In this document: one piece after another, positions 8,221 to 18,311 of the stretch
Numbering within the stretch: position 1 is the stretch's first letter
Layout: each line of letters opens with the position of its first letter
From: an uncultured Methanosarcinales archaeon
GTDB lineage: Archaea; Nanobdellota; Nanobdellia; Woesearchaeales; GW2011-AR9
Direction of reading: 5' to 3'
Length of the DNA stretch: 34,899 nucleotides
Assembly: GCA_964434885.1 (NCBI GenBank)
Contig: CAYSWQ010000007.1
Location: forward strand, 1 to 34,899
Position numbers and translations under genes: made by a program
The notes under the pieces: model-generated
What the model was told of the DNA's origin: nothing
What the model saw: the letters and a program-made list of their open reading frames with translations, nothing else
Database searches by the model: none

Positions 8221-8727
8221 CTAATTTCTTTTAAAAAAGAGACTTGGTTCATTTGGATCACGTTCAAACCCCACATCTTGTAAAGAATGGCCATAATTCT
8301 CAGTTAATCCCAAATGAATTGACACCCCATTGACTGGTGTTACCCTGTATATCTCTGCACATAACTTCTTTTGATACTGTTTTCTTAATTGATGGTCACG
8401 AGAACTTGGATCTTTACTAAGATTTGCTCCAATTACTTCATCACATAAAACCATCGAACTTACAACAGTTGCAGATCCCTTGGGTTGAGAACATAAATAA
8501 GTTAATCCGTCGTCTTTAACTGTTGTTAAACTTCCTTGAAATCCTGGATTTTCTCTTAGAAATAATTGAATGGCTTGTTTAGTTAATTGGGGTACAAAAG
8601 GCTCAACACCAACATATAAATTTGTTCCTCTTAATCTGAGAGCAGAGAAAATCTCAGTTTCACTTGGTCCTAATTCCATTATATTGTGGCTAAGACTTGA
8701 AGTTGGACATTCATAACTCAAAATCAT
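8221..8727 (-). CDS. Hypothetical protein, possibly 5'-truncated; weak SAM-methyltransferase-like pattern
   Basis: 168-aa ORF with ELGP...YVGVEP...DDGL...VSSMVL pattern. The frame stays open without an ATG to ~8809, and there is no clear TATA upstream. Confidence 0.5.
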   Translation of the reverse strand: MILSYECPTSSLSHNIMELGPSETEIFSALRLRGTNLYVGVEPFVPQLTKQAIQLFLRENPGFQGSLTTVKDDGLTYLCSQPKGSATVVSSMVLCDEVIGANLSKDPSSRDHQLRKQYQKKLCAEIYRVTPVNGVSIHLGLTENYGHSLQDVGFERDPNEPSLFFKRN

Positions 8728-8801
8728 GCCAAGTTCTCTAGAAGCAACCCGGTCATTCGTACAAGGTAAAGGATTAGTTCTCTTGTGGAGATAAAGGGGC
8801 G

Positions 8802-9641
8802 ATGGATACTAATTTTCCTCCAGCATTCATAAATTCAAGAAAATTTAATATTCCCCAGAAACCAATGACTGGTTTTCAAGCCCAATTACAAAATGAAGAA
8901 ACTGGACAAGTAATACCTCTTATACCGCATAATAAGGCTAAAAGCTATTTTGTTACATTTCAAAATATACTTACTGATTTGGGTCTTAATAATAAAGATT
9001 TTATTCATCTTAAATCAATAAAATTAAATGATGTTGGGAAAAATATATTGAGTGAAAATATAAAAAATACAAAGAGATATCGTGATTACATCACTGGAAA
9101 TACATTTTATCGAGATTATATTCTAAAAAATTTTAATATTTCACTAGTGAATTCGGGAGTGGTTGGAGCACCAATGATGGTTGATTCATTACATAATGAT
9201 TTATTAAGAAAACTTAGTGAAGATTTTATTTCAATTGCAGATATTAAACTTGAAGTTTTAAGGAAAGTCAATAATTTGCTTAAATTTGAGTTACCTGATT
9301 TCTCTTCATTAGAAATCGATGAAATATTATCTTTAAGAAAGGATAAATTATTTGTCCGTTTTAGAAATAAATTAGCAGAAATAGACAAAAAAATTATTCA
9401 AAATTTGTCTCAGTATTCTCCAAGAGATATTAATGCCCTGTTTATGCAAGAATTGACAAAAGAAATGAAAGAACTTTCACCTAAAGGAAAAGATCTTGCT
9501 GTTAGCGGAGTTTTAGGGTTGGCTGGACTTATTCCTGTTTATGGATCTGTTGCATCTGGGGCGAGTCTTTTAAAAGAAGGTAAACAATTATATAATCATA
9601 AGAAAAGCTGGATTAGTTTCATAATGAAACATAGTGTGTAA
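8802..9641 (+). CDS. Hypothetical protein (possibly 5'-truncated)
   Basis: 279-aa ORF; LPDFSSLEIDEILSLRKDKLFVRFR followed by a Gly-rich hydrophobic segment. Family not confirmed. Confidence 0.6.
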   Translation: MDTNFPPAFINSRKFNIPQKPMTGFQAQLQNEETGQVIPLIPHNKAKSYFVTFQNILTDLGLNNKDFIHLKSIKLNDVGKNILSENIKNTKRYRDYITGNTFYRDYILKNFNISLVNSGVVGAPMMVDSLHNDLLRKLSEDFISIADIKLEVLRKVNNLLKFELPDFSSLEIDEILSLRKDKLFVRFRNKLAEIDKKIIQNLSQYSPRDINALFMQELTKEMKELSPKGKDLAVSGVLGLAGLIPVYGSVASGASLLKEGKQLYNHKKSWISFIMKHSV

Positions 9642-9929
9642 TACATAAGCCTAGTTTAAATCAAAATCACTGTCTCAAAAATTCAGAAAAGAAGGGAATG
9701 TTTTAAATATCAGTGAGTAATATTTATTATAGATTACTTCAAAATTGGAGTAATAGATTAGTATCTTTGATTGAGCCAAGACATGAGAAAATGAATTCGC
9801 AAAAATTTAGCACAATGAAAAGCGAATTAGAGCCTCTAAACCAAGAATTCTGCGGTTTCAGGGTGGTCATTACTGAAAAGTAATAACTGTTCCGAAACAT
9901 TTATAAAAAACACAAATCAACTAACAAAT

Positions 9930-10361
9930 ATGTCACTTACACGAATTGAAGTTGAACAATTGGATATGAAAAAAGCATTTTATCCAGATATATTAGAAGC
10001 TCACTTTGGACCCTGCACCGTCATTGGATTATTTGACCCACTAACAAGAAGTGGCTATATGATTCACGAACCTGATATTCGCCATACAAATTTAGATAAA
10101 AAGTTAGAACCAATCAGACAAGATTATGAAAATTTGTCTCAATTGCAAGTTGTTCTCACGGGAGATTCATTCTTTTTAACAGGATATGCACTTGATGAAA
10201 AAGAGCATTTATCTACAAGATTTCCTGTAGAAGAATATCTTCATAAACACTTTTCTCATGTTCAAATCCACTGGCTCCCACCAGCCCATAGTGGTTCCCT
10301 TTACCTCTACACTCACTCTGGAAGATTCGAATTACAAACAAGTAGAATAAATATTAATTAA
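9930..10361 (+). CDS. CheD-like (protein-glutamine deamidase fold) protein
   Basis: FGPCTVIGLFDPLTRSGYMIH resembles CheD LGSC..v.l.D....G.m.H; L.VVLTG in the GG-motif position; TATA at ~9900-9907. Confidence 0.6.
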   Translation: MSLTRIEVEQLDMKKAFYPDILEAHFGPCTVIGLFDPLTRSGYMIHEPDIRHTNLDKKLEPIRQDYENLSQLQVVLTGDSFFLTGYALDEKEHLSTRFPVEEYLHKHFSHVQIHWLPPAHSGSLYLYTHSGRFELQTSRININ

Positions 10362-10380
10362 GAGTATTTATAATTTAAAT

Positions 10381-10938
10381 TCATACTTTCTCAATCCCTC
10401 CCCTCAACTTCTCAATCTCATTATGCAATTTCATTAATCTTTGTTTAGCCGAAGCAGGTAATTTCTTTCGTTCAAACTTAGCAACCACTTCTTTTAATGT
10501 TCCCAATCGATCTTGAAACACCAACTTATCAACATAACAAATGATCTTCTCTTCAATCGTTTTAGGTAAATAATCTTTCTTCGGCAATCTAAATCCATGT
10601 AACTCAATATCTTCTTTTGTTAATCCTGGCCCAATATGATTTTCAGCAATTTTAGCTTCTTTCAACAACCCTTCTTTTCGAAGTATCTTTCCCCCTTCTA
10701 TTCCATGTCTAATAAAATCGGGACCTTTCCAATGAGCTTTAAAATATCCAATATCATGCAAAAGAGCCCCACTCTTAATCAAATCTAAATCAACCTTATG
10801 TCCATTTTTAATAATCGCTTTAGCTAAAATAACTGCAGCCTTCTTCACCGCCACTCCATGTTCTAAAATATTCTTATAATCTTCTTCACTAGTAGAATAC
10901 TTCTTCAACAATTCCTTCGCCTCTTTTTCTGTAATCAT
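10381..10938 (-). CDS. HD-domain (HDIG) phosphohydrolase
   Basis: H...GALLHDIG...HGIEG...ENHIG...YVDK motifs. Confidence 0.9.
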   Translation of the reverse strand: MITEKEAKELLKKYSTSEEDYKNILEHGVAVKKAAVILAKAIIKNGHKVDLDLIKSGALLHDIGYFKAHWKGPDFIRHGIEGGKILRKEGLLKEAKIAENHIGPGLTKEDIELHGFRLPKKDYLPKTIEEKIICYVDKLVFQDRLGTLKEVVAKFERKKLPASAKQRLMKLHNEIEKLRGGIEKV

Positions 10939-10973
10939 ATAATAAGAAAATTAAATCAGTATTTATAATTTAC

Positions 10974-12113
10974 TCAAATCAAACCAGAACTATATCCTTC
11001 TTCTTTAGCTGCTCGATGAATATATTTAATCTCATCTTCAACTACTTCTTCAAAATTCAAAACTTCTCTTTTTGGAAGAACATCAACTAATCTATATTCA
11101 ACTTCTTCTCCAATTTTAATCTGTACATATCTTTTCGCTTGAGGAATCAATTTACGAGATTTCTTATCTAACTCATATTCATCTCTCCAACTTCCCGGAT
11201 GAATAATTACTCTGTTCTTCTTATCTTGCACAAATTTTTCATGAACATGACCCAAAACAAAAATTTTGTGTTTACCTAATCTTTCTTTCCGACCTTCAAA
11301 AGAACTAATTACATTATCAACATCCCAATTCACTTTTCTCCACCTAAAATAAAAACTTCTAATTAATTCTTTTGGAATGTTATAAGTTGGATCAGAATAA
11401 TATCTAAATGGATAATACAAAATTGTTTTCAAAGCATAACCAAAACTTTTTTTAGTTAATTTTTCTTTAATTGGTTGATGAAAGGAAAATAAAGTAGGTC
11501 TAGGAAAAATTCTTTCTAAAAAAGGATGTCTTTCTTTCATTCTCAAAAAAGCTGCAATCACACTTAATGAAACAAAACTTAAATTTAGAATATTTTGTCC
11601 CTTGTAATGTAAAAATAATTTATCCATGTTCATTCTATTTAACAAATCGTATTGGTGTCCATGTTCAATATACACACCATGTTGTTTGTATTTCATCTGA
11701 AAGAAAACATTATCTTGATTTTCTATTAGTTTTTTAATTTTCTCTTGTACTTGAGTGTAAACTAAATCCATGTCATGATTACCAATAATAAAATATAATC
11801 TATTTTTCTCATTGTCAACAAATTCTTTTAACGCTCGAAATACTTTTTTGTGGGCATGATAAATTAAATTTAATTTTCCCAAAGAAATTTCCGCAGAAAT
11901 ATGTCTTGGATATCTAAATCTATTCCGATCAAAGTAAGGACATTTCAAAAAATCAAAAGTATCTCCATTCAACACCAAATCAATTGGATGTTCTCTTTCA
12001 CCAACTTCCAAAATCAACTTAGAAAGAGCGTTATCACTAATAAAATCGTCCGTTAGATTGCCTGCTCCCATTTCAATATCTCCGAGAACAATTATCTCTC
12101 TCTTTAGTGTCAT
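10974..12113 (-). CDS. Calcineurin-like metallophosphoesterase
   Basis: GDIEMG (DxH replaced by DxE), NGDTFD, GNHD, EHGH, GHVH, PGSW motifs. Confidence 0.85.
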   Translation of the reverse strand: MTLKREIIVLGDIEMGAGNLTDDFISDNALSKLILEVGEREHPIDLVLNGDTFDFLKCPYFDRNRFRYPRHISAEISLGKLNLIYHAHKKVFRALKEFVDNEKNRLYFIIGNHDMDLVYTQVQEKIKKLIENQDNVFFQMKYKQHGVYIEHGHQYDLLNRMNMDKLFLHYKGQNILNLSFVSLSVIAAFLRMKERHPFLERIFPRPTLFSFHQPIKEKLTKKSFGYALKTILYYPFRYYSDPTYNIPKELIRSFYFRWRKVNWDVDNVISSFEGRKERLGKHKIFVLGHVHEKFVQDKKNRVIIHPGSWRDEYELDKKSRKLIPQAKRYVQIKIGEEVEYRLVDVLPKREVLNFEEVVEDEIKYIHRAAKEEGYSSGLI

Positions 12114-12212
12114 TTTTTTTATTCCTTACTTACTAGTAACTACAAAGTAGTTATTTTATATAAATGTTTTGTTTATAAATAATGCATTTTTAGAATAAAT
12201 AATTCAAAAAAA

Positions 12213-13670
12213 TCAATAACTCTTCCCAAAGTAAAATCCATACTGCGCTTTCTTAGCACAATTAAAACATTTTCCTTCTGGTGCTTTCTGTTTAAACGGA
12301 GAATTCAATGATTTAGCTCCAGCCATCTTATCCTTAAAATCTTCTTCGCAACTAGGTAATCCACACCAAGGAGCAAAAACAATTTTCTTATCCAAAATCG
12401 CTTTCTTTGCTTCTGAAAACTTATCAACCTTAACAATACTATTCTTCAAAATCTTCTCAGCATTTTTTAACATATTACTTTGAATTTCATCTAACAACCC
12501 ACTCACTTCACTAGAAACTTTATTCAAAGCAACAGCCTTTTTCTCACCAGTATCTCTTCGAACCAAAGTAACTTGTTTTTTCTCCAAATCCCGAGGTCCA
12601 ACTTCAATTCTAATCGGAACTCCTTTCACTTCCCATTCATTAAACTTCCACCCGGGTGAATAATCATCACGATCATCTAAATGTACTAAAACATCTTCTT
12701 TCAATAAATCTTCATAAACTTTCTGCACTGCACCCAATACTTTCTCTCTAGTCTTATCAAACAATATCGGGACCACAACTACTTGCATTGGAGCCAACTT
12801 AGGAGGCAATACCAATCCTTTATCATCTCCATGGATTGCAATCAAAACTCCAATCATCCTAGTAGTTATTGCCCAAGTATTCTGCCAAACATGATCTTTT
12901 CCACCCTTCTTATCAGAAAAAGTAATATCATATGCTTTAGCAAAATTCTGTCCATCATGATGAGCATCAGGTCCTTGAATTGCCTTTCCATTCGGCATTA
13001 CTAATTCCAAACTAGTTGTATAATCTGCCCCAGCAAACTTTTCTTTCTCAGATTTACGCCCAGCCAATGCCGGCAAAGCAAAATAATCTTTCAAAACTTC
13101 TTGATACATAGATAGAATTTCCATAACTTCTTTTTCTGCTTCTCTTTTAGTAGCAAAACAAGTATGTCCTTCATTCCATAAAAATTCTCGAGATCTCAAG
13201 AAAGGAGTTGGATGTTTAAATTCCCAACGAACTACAGAATTCCATTGATTATATCTTAAAGGTAAATCATTATGAGAACGAATCCATTTCGCATAAGAAT
13301 CATACATTATCGCTTCAGAAGTAGGTCTCACTGCCAAACGTTCCTTCAACTTACTATCTCCCGCATGAGTAACCCAAGCTACTTCTGGAGTAAATCCTTC
13401 TACATGGGTTGCTTCTTTTTGTAATAATTTCTCTGGAATAAATAATGGAAAATAAGCATTCTGTACACCCATCTTCTTTAACCGAGCATCAACAATATCT
13501 TTAATCTTTTCCCAAATAGCATAAGAATTAGGTTTATATACAACACAACCAGAAACTTCAGTATAATCTGCCAAATCGGCTTTCTGAATTACTTGAGTGT
13601 ACCACTCACTAAAATCTTCTTCCTTTTTAACTGTAATTCCTTTGATATCTTTAAGTTTGTTATTTCCCAT
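12213..13670 (-). CDS. proS: Proline--tRNA ligase (archaeal/eukaryotic type)
   Basis: FSEWY, RPTSE, RWEFK..PFLRSREF, QGPDAH, W..TTR, anticodon-binding domain, C-terminal Cys motif ending in KSY. Confidence 0.97.
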   Translation of the reverse strand: MGNNKLKDIKGITVKKEEDFSEWYTQVIQKADLADYTEVSGCVVYKPNSYAIWEKIKDIVDARLKKMGVQNAYFPLFIPEKLLQKEATHVEGFTPEVAWVTHAGDSKLKERLAVRPTSEAIMYDSYAKWIRSHNDLPLRYNQWNSVVRWEFKHPTPFLRSREFLWNEGHTCFATKREAEKEVMEILSMYQEVLKDYFALPALAGRKSEKEKFAGADYTTSLELVMPNGKAIQGPDAHHDGQNFAKAYDITFSDKKGGKDHVWQNTWAITTRMIGVLIAIHGDDKGLVLPPKLAPMQVVVVPILFDKTREKVLGAVQKVYEDLLKEDVLVHLDDRDDYSPGWKFNEWEVKGVPIRIEVGPRDLEKKQVTLVRRDTGEKKAVALNKVSSEVSGLLDEIQSNMLKNAEKILKNSIVKVDKFSEAKKAILDKKIVFAPWCGLPSCEEDFKDKMAGAKSLNSPFKQKAPEGKCFNCAKKAQYGFYFGKSY

Positions 13671-13749
13671 AAGAGAAGAATTCTAGTCTGTTTTATAAAA
13701 TTTACTGGAAAAAAAATTAATAGAAAATAAATAAAAAAATTAAGAAAAA

Positions 13750-14094
13750 TTATCTTTTCTTTTTCTTAGCTGGTTTCTTTTTAGCTGCTTTTTTCTTAAC
13801 TACTTTTTTCTTCACTGCTTTCTTTTTAACAGCCTTCTTCTTAACAGCTTTCTTTTTGCCTTTCTTTCGGCCTCTAGCCATTTTAGCGCAGCTTACATTA
13901 CCTTTTTTATCAATAAAGTACAGGTAACCAGATTCTTTCTCTACACCACACTTAGCTACTTTTTCTACTTTAGACTTGCCTTTTTTTCGGCCAGCTCTTG
14001 CCATCTTAGCTCTACTAACATCTCCTTTTTTGTCAACAAAGTAAAGATAGCCTTTTTCTTTCTTCACACCTACTTTTGCTACAACTTTTGCCAT
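13750..14094 (-). CDS. Lys-rich putative nucleic-acid-binding protein, duplicated domain plus histone H1-like tail
   Basis: Two copies of KVAKxGVxKExGYLYF(V/I)DKKGxVSxAKMAR, then (KKAVK)n repeats; GGAGGT SD at ~14104-14109. Confidence 0.8.
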   Translation of the reverse strand: MAKVVAKVGVKKEKGYLYFVDKKGDVSRAKMARAGRKKGKSKVEKVAKCGVEKESGYLYFIDKKGNVSCAKMARGRKKGKKKAVKKKAVKKKAVKKKVVKKKAAKKKPAKKKKR

Positions 14095-14214
14095 ATTTTA
14101 TGACCTCCTTTTTAATCAATTTTTATTGTGAAACCACCCCTCGGTTCCTAACTCCCAGTAAATATTTTAAGTATATAAACCTTTCTATTTTCTCGTCGGG
14201 TAATCGTCGGAAAC

Positions 14215-14865
14215 TCAAACAATATCTCTAAAATTAACCACACCTACTATATCATCACTAATTCTTGGACAAGCAGTATTAACCCAACAATCTATAAAAG
14301 GGAAATTACTCAAATTATATTCGTTTAATTCATTTCCTAAGAAAACATAAACTTCTTTCCCTTTTCCTTCTAAATCTTCTTTCAGTTTCCCAACCGGACC
14401 TTGTAAAAATCTTTGTTTATCTTTAACAGAAACCAAAATCCCAATCTTGGAAGCAGAATGAAACTTCATCAAACCAACTTTCTTTTTTAACTTTGCTTCT
14501 TCCCATTCCTTTTTTCCCAATTTCTTCCAACTATCGGTTAATGGATTATAACAAAAAATGGGTAATTCATTAGCCAATAAAGCAGTCGGATGAAATTCTC
14601 CATCTCCCACATACAAAAAAGCTTCAATTCCTGGTTTAATCTTAAAATTATCACATCCCAAAATCTGACCTAAAGTTCTACAATGCATACTTTGGAAAAA
14701 ATAAACTTCTTTACCAAAAGAAGCCAACTTACTTTTCATCTCTCTTAAATAATCTACAAACTGAATCGTAGTAGCTACCATTACTTTTTTTGGCAATTGC
14801 TCAATCATCTCTTTAGGCAATTCCCATTTTCCAGTATACTTGGTTTCAACGAATATTTTCTTCAT
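14215..14865 (-). CDS. dph2: Diphthamide synthesis protein Dph2-like (short form)
   Basis: TTIQF, GQILGC, YVGDGEFH, NTACPRI motifs; lacks the N-terminal domain. Confidence 0.85.
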   Translation of the reverse strand: MKKIFVETKYTGKWELPKEMIEQLPKKVMVATTIQFVDYLREMKSKLASFGKEVYFFQSMHCRTLGQILGCDNFKIKPGIEAFLYVGDGEFHPTALLANELPIFCYNPLTDSWKKLGKKEWEEAKLKKKVGLMKFHSASKIGILVSVKDKQRFLQGPVGKLKEDLEGKGKEVYVFLGNELNEYNLSNFPFIDCWVNTACPRISDDIVGVVNFRDIV

Positions 14866-14939
14866 ATTTTTCTACATTTCTCGCTATTTTATAATATTTT
14901 TCAAAACTTATTTAAAAAAACAACTAAATATTCATCAAT

Positions 14940-15497
14940 ATGACATTTCAAGAATTTATGGAATATTCCAGGGAGTTTAGATCTCGGCATTTAAAACCAA
15001 TTGGCTTATTTCTTTTAAAAATGAAATTAAAAGCAAACCATCTTACTACAATTTCTTTTATTTTTGGTCTACTCGCTGCTTATTACTTATTTCAAGATAA
15101 CTTATTATTTACAATATTCCTAATTTCTCATTTAGTAGTTGATGGTCTTGATGGGGTTGTAGCTAGATTATCTCAACAAACCACTCTAGGAAAATACTAT
15201 GATCACATCTCCGACCAATTAATTGTAATTTTATTCTTATTCAAAATCTATCTTCTTTTGAATGATTATTATGTTCTTGTTATGATATTCTTAACACTTA
15301 TAACATACTTAATCCATTTTGCAACAAAAATGAAATATCCTGTTATTTATGTTAGGTCTGGTACTTCCATAGCCTTATTATTCTACCCTTTATTACCAAA
15401 TTTAATTCCTCCAGGAACATTTTTAGTAGTAGGAAGTTTTATTATATATAGTTTAATTCAACAGTTAATATATTTCTTAAATACCAAAAAATTATAA
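14940..15497 (+). CDS. CDP-alcohol phosphatidyltransferase family protein
   Basis: ANHLT...DGLDGVVAR...LGKYYDHISD signature (DxxDGxxAR..GxxxDxxxD). Confidence 0.93.
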   Translation: MTFQEFMEYSREFRSRHLKPIGLFLLKMKLKANHLTTISFIFGLLAAYYLFQDNLLFTIFLISHLVVDGLDGVVARLSQQTTLGKYYDHISDQLIVILFLFKIYLLLNDYYVLVMIFLTLITYLIHFATKMKYPVIYVRSGTSIALLFYPLLPNLIPPGTFLVVGSFIIYSLIQQLIYFLNTKKL

Positions 15498-15507
15498 CAA
15501 CAAATAA

Positions 15508-16029
15508 TCAAAACTTAGTCTTTTTAATTCCCAACCAAAAACCAATTCTAGAAATTAACATATGTAAAAAGAAACTAGATACTATAATTATCAAAACTAC
15601 ACTTGCTTTCGGAACATAAACAAACCAACCTAACACCAAACCACCAATCGCAAAATCAATCTGATCATATGGCATCCATGATTCTCCGGGTTTGATCCCT
15701 TCACGACGTTTAAAAAAACTTTCCACGGCATCCCCTAAAATTGCCCCCAGTCCCAAAAAAACACCTAAACCAATACTAAAATCAACATAATTAATTAAAG
15801 AAATACTTTTAAAAAAACTATATTGAAACAACCACTTCTGCAACCAAAAGACAAATCCTCCAGCAATTGTTGCTACAATTAATCCTCTCCAAGTTTTGTT
15901 TTTCCCCAATCTTTTTTCCCAAATTGGTCTTTCAAAAGGTAAACACTTAACTAACTCGGGAGCCATATTCGCAACAAAAGCTGGTAAAAAGAAATACAAG
16001 CTTGAAACAATCAATACCAATAAAGACAT
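15508..16029 (-). CDS. carS: CDP-archaeol synthase
   Basis: PAFVANMAP, LGKNKTWRG, GDAVESFFKRR, DQIDF motifs. Confidence 0.92.
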   Translation of the reverse strand: MSLLVLIVSSLYFFLPAFVANMAPELVKCLPFERPIWEKRLGKNKTWRGLIVATIAGGFVFWLQKWLFQYSFFKSISLINYVDFSIGLGVFLGLGAILGDAVESFFKRREGIKPGESWMPYDQIDFAIGGLVLGWFVYVPKASVVLIIIVSSFFLHMLISRIGFWLGIKKTKF

Positions 16030-16176
16030 AAGTAGAAGTAAAACAGAATTGGTTAAAAACCTTTCCCTATTTAATAATTATAAACTTAATCTCAAAAAAT
16101 AATCTTCTTATATCCCAAAAACCATATACCCAAGTATATAAAAAGTTATTAAGGGAAACAAAACCTAAATTAGACT

Positions 16177-18303
16177 ATGATTTCACAAATAAAGAAGAGG
16201 GATGGCCGGGTTGTTGATTTCGATCCGGAAAAGATTTTTCATGCTATTTGGAAGGCAGCTCAGTCCATTGGTGGAGAAGATGAAACAAGAGCTAGATTTC
16301 TGCAAAGTCAAGTAATTACAGAATTAGAACAACAATACCAAAATGAAATTCCAACTGTCGAAAATATTCAAGATCTATTAGAAAAAGTTCTTAGTAATAA
16401 TGGACATTTCAAAACAGTCAAAGCATTTATTCTATACAGACAAAAAAGAAAAGAACTTCGTCAAGCCAAATCAATGATTGGTGTAGAAGATGACTGTAAA
16501 CTTTCTCTTAACGCCCTCAAGGTATTAGAAGGAAGGTACTTACAAAAAGATCAAAATGGTAAATTAATGGAATCTCCAAGACAATTATTTGAAAGAGTTG
16601 CCAAAAATGTTTCTCAAGCAGATATTAACTACAATCTTGATCCAAAACAATCAGAAGAAAAATTCCTAGAACTAATGCTTAATCGAGATTTCCTTCCTAA
16701 TTCTCCGACCTTAATGAATGCAGGAACTCAAATCCAACAATTATCTGCTTGTTTTGTTTTGCCTGTTGAAGATTCAATGGAAAGTATATTCCAATCAGTC
16801 AAAGATGCCGCCCTCATCCACAAATCTGGCGGAGGAACAGGATTCTCTTTTTCCAGATTAAGACAAAAAGGTTCTCCTGTTGGTACTACTGGAGGAGTAG
16901 CTTCTGGACCAATTTCATTTATGAGAGTCTTTGATTCTGCTACTAATGTTATCAAACAAGGTGGAAAAAGAAGAGGAGCAAATATGGGTGTCCTAAGAGT
17001 GGATCATCCAGATATTTTGGACTTTATCACTTGTAAAGAAAAAGATGATACCATTAATAATTTCAATATTTCTGTGGGAATTACCGATGTTTTCATGAAA
17101 GCAGTAGAAGAAAACACCAAATATAATTTAATTGACCCTAAAACCAAAGAAGTATACAATGAATTAGATGCCCAAAGGGTTTTTGATTTAATTTGTACTA
17201 TGGCGTGGAAAAATGGAGATCCTGGAATTATTTTTATTGATCGGATGAATTGGCCAAGAAGTAATCCTACTCCAAAAATAGGAGAAATTGAATCCACTAA
17301 TCCTTGTGGGGAACAACCTTTACTCCCTTACGAATCTTGCAATCTAGGTTCAATAAATTTAGCCAACCATGTTAAAGACAAACAAATTGATTGGCAAAAA
17401 CTAAAAAACACTACTCAAAATTTAGTTCATTTCTTAGATAATGTTATTGATATGAATACCTTCCCAGTTGAAAAAATTACTGAGAATGTTAAAGCTAATC
17501 GAAAAATTGGGCTAGGAGTTATGGGTTTTGCTGATATGTTAATTAAACTAAGAGTCCCATATAATTCTGAACATGCATTACAGATAGCAGAAGGAGTAAT
17601 GGGTTTTATTGATAAAGAAGCCAAAGATGCTTCTGTTGAATTGGCAAAAACTAGAGGAGTATTCCCTAATTTTGAAAATAGTGTTTACAATGATGGAAAT
17701 CCTGAAAACCGAGTAAGAAATGCTACTCGAACAACTATTGCTCCCACTGGTACTATTTCTGTTATCGGTGGTGCCTCTTCAGGAATTGAACCATTATTTG
17801 CCATTTCTTATGTTAGAAAAACACCTCAATTCGAACTTTTAGAAGTTAATCCTGTCTTTGAAGAAGTAGCTAGAGAAGAAGGTTTTTATTCTGAAGAATT
17901 GATGAAAAAAATAGCTAAACAAGGAAGTATTCAAGAAGTTGAAGAAATTCCAGAAACTATTAGAAAAATTTTTGTTACTGCCATGGATCTATCTCCAGAA
18001 GATCATGTTCGTATGCAAGGAGTTTTCCAAAACCATGTTGATAATGCAGTCTCCAAAACTGTTAACTTTCCTTTTACTGCCACAGTAGAAGAAATTGCCA
18101 AAGTATATAAGATGGCTTTTGAAGTAGGCTGTAAAGGAATTACTATTTATCGAGATGGAAGCAGAGACATACAAGTTCTAAACGTTAATCGAGAAGAAAA
18201 ACCAAAACAACCAACTCAAGAAGAAACACCTCCTGAAAAAAAAGCAGAGATGTTAACTGTTGGAGCTGAATTTTCAGGTGGTTGTGCTACTTGTGATGTT
18301 TGA
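16177..18303 (+). CDS. nrdJ: Class II (adenosylcobalamin-dependent) ribonucleotide reductase with ATP-cone
   Basis: IKKRDGR ATP-cone; PNSPTLMN, LSACFV, GGGTG, RRGANMG, TNPCGEQ, ESCNLGS, TIAPTG, KGITIYRDGS; C-terminal CATC. Confidence 0.95.
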   Translation: MISQIKKRDGRVVDFDPEKIFHAIWKAAQSIGGEDETRARFLQSQVITELEQQYQNEIPTVENIQDLLEKVLSNNGHFKTVKAFILYRQKRKELRQAKSMIGVEDDCKLSLNALKVLEGRYLQKDQNGKLMESPRQLFERVAKNVSQADINYNLDPKQSEEKFLELMLNRDFLPNSPTLMNAGTQIQQLSACFVLPVEDSMESIFQSVKDAALIHKSGGGTGFSFSRLRQKGSPVGTTGGVASGPISFMRVFDSATNVIKQGGKRRGANMGVLRVDHPDILDFITCKEKDDTINNFNISVGITDVFMKAVEENTKYNLIDPKTKEVYNELDAQRVFDLICTMAWKNGDPGIIFIDRMNWPRSNPTPKIGEIESTNPCGEQPLLPYESCNLGSINLANHVKDKQIDWQKLKNTTQNLVHFLDNVIDMNTFPVEKITENVKANRKIGLGVMGFADMLIKLRVPYNSEHALQIAEGVMGFIDKEAKDASVELAKTRGVFPNFENSVYNDGNPENRVRNATRTTIAPTGTISVIGGASSGIEPLFAISYVRKTPQFELLEVNPVFEEVAREEGFYSEELMKKIAKQGSIQEVEEIPETIRKIFVTAMDLSPEDHVRMQGVFQNHVDNAVSKTVNFPFTATVEEIAKVYKMAFEVGCKGITIYRDGSRDIQVLNVNREEKPKQPTQEETPPEKKAEMLTVGAEFSGGCATCDV

Positions 18304-18311
18304 ATCTTAAA

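Noticed and set aside
9736..9750. 15-nt exact inverted match ACTTCAAAATTGGAG with 33879-33893
   Set aside because: AT-rich near-palindrome; a match of this length is plausible by chance in 35 kb of ~70% AT sequence, and the flanks do not extend.
9791..9883. 30-aa ORF MNSQKFSTMKSELEPLNQEFCGFRVVITEK
   Set aside because: No clear SD or correctly spaced TATA and no recognisable motif; cannot be supported from sequence alone.
13750..13870. Short tandem repeats suggesting a CRISPR or VNTR
   Set aside because: They encode the Lys/Ala-rich protein tail; there is no repeat-spacer structure.
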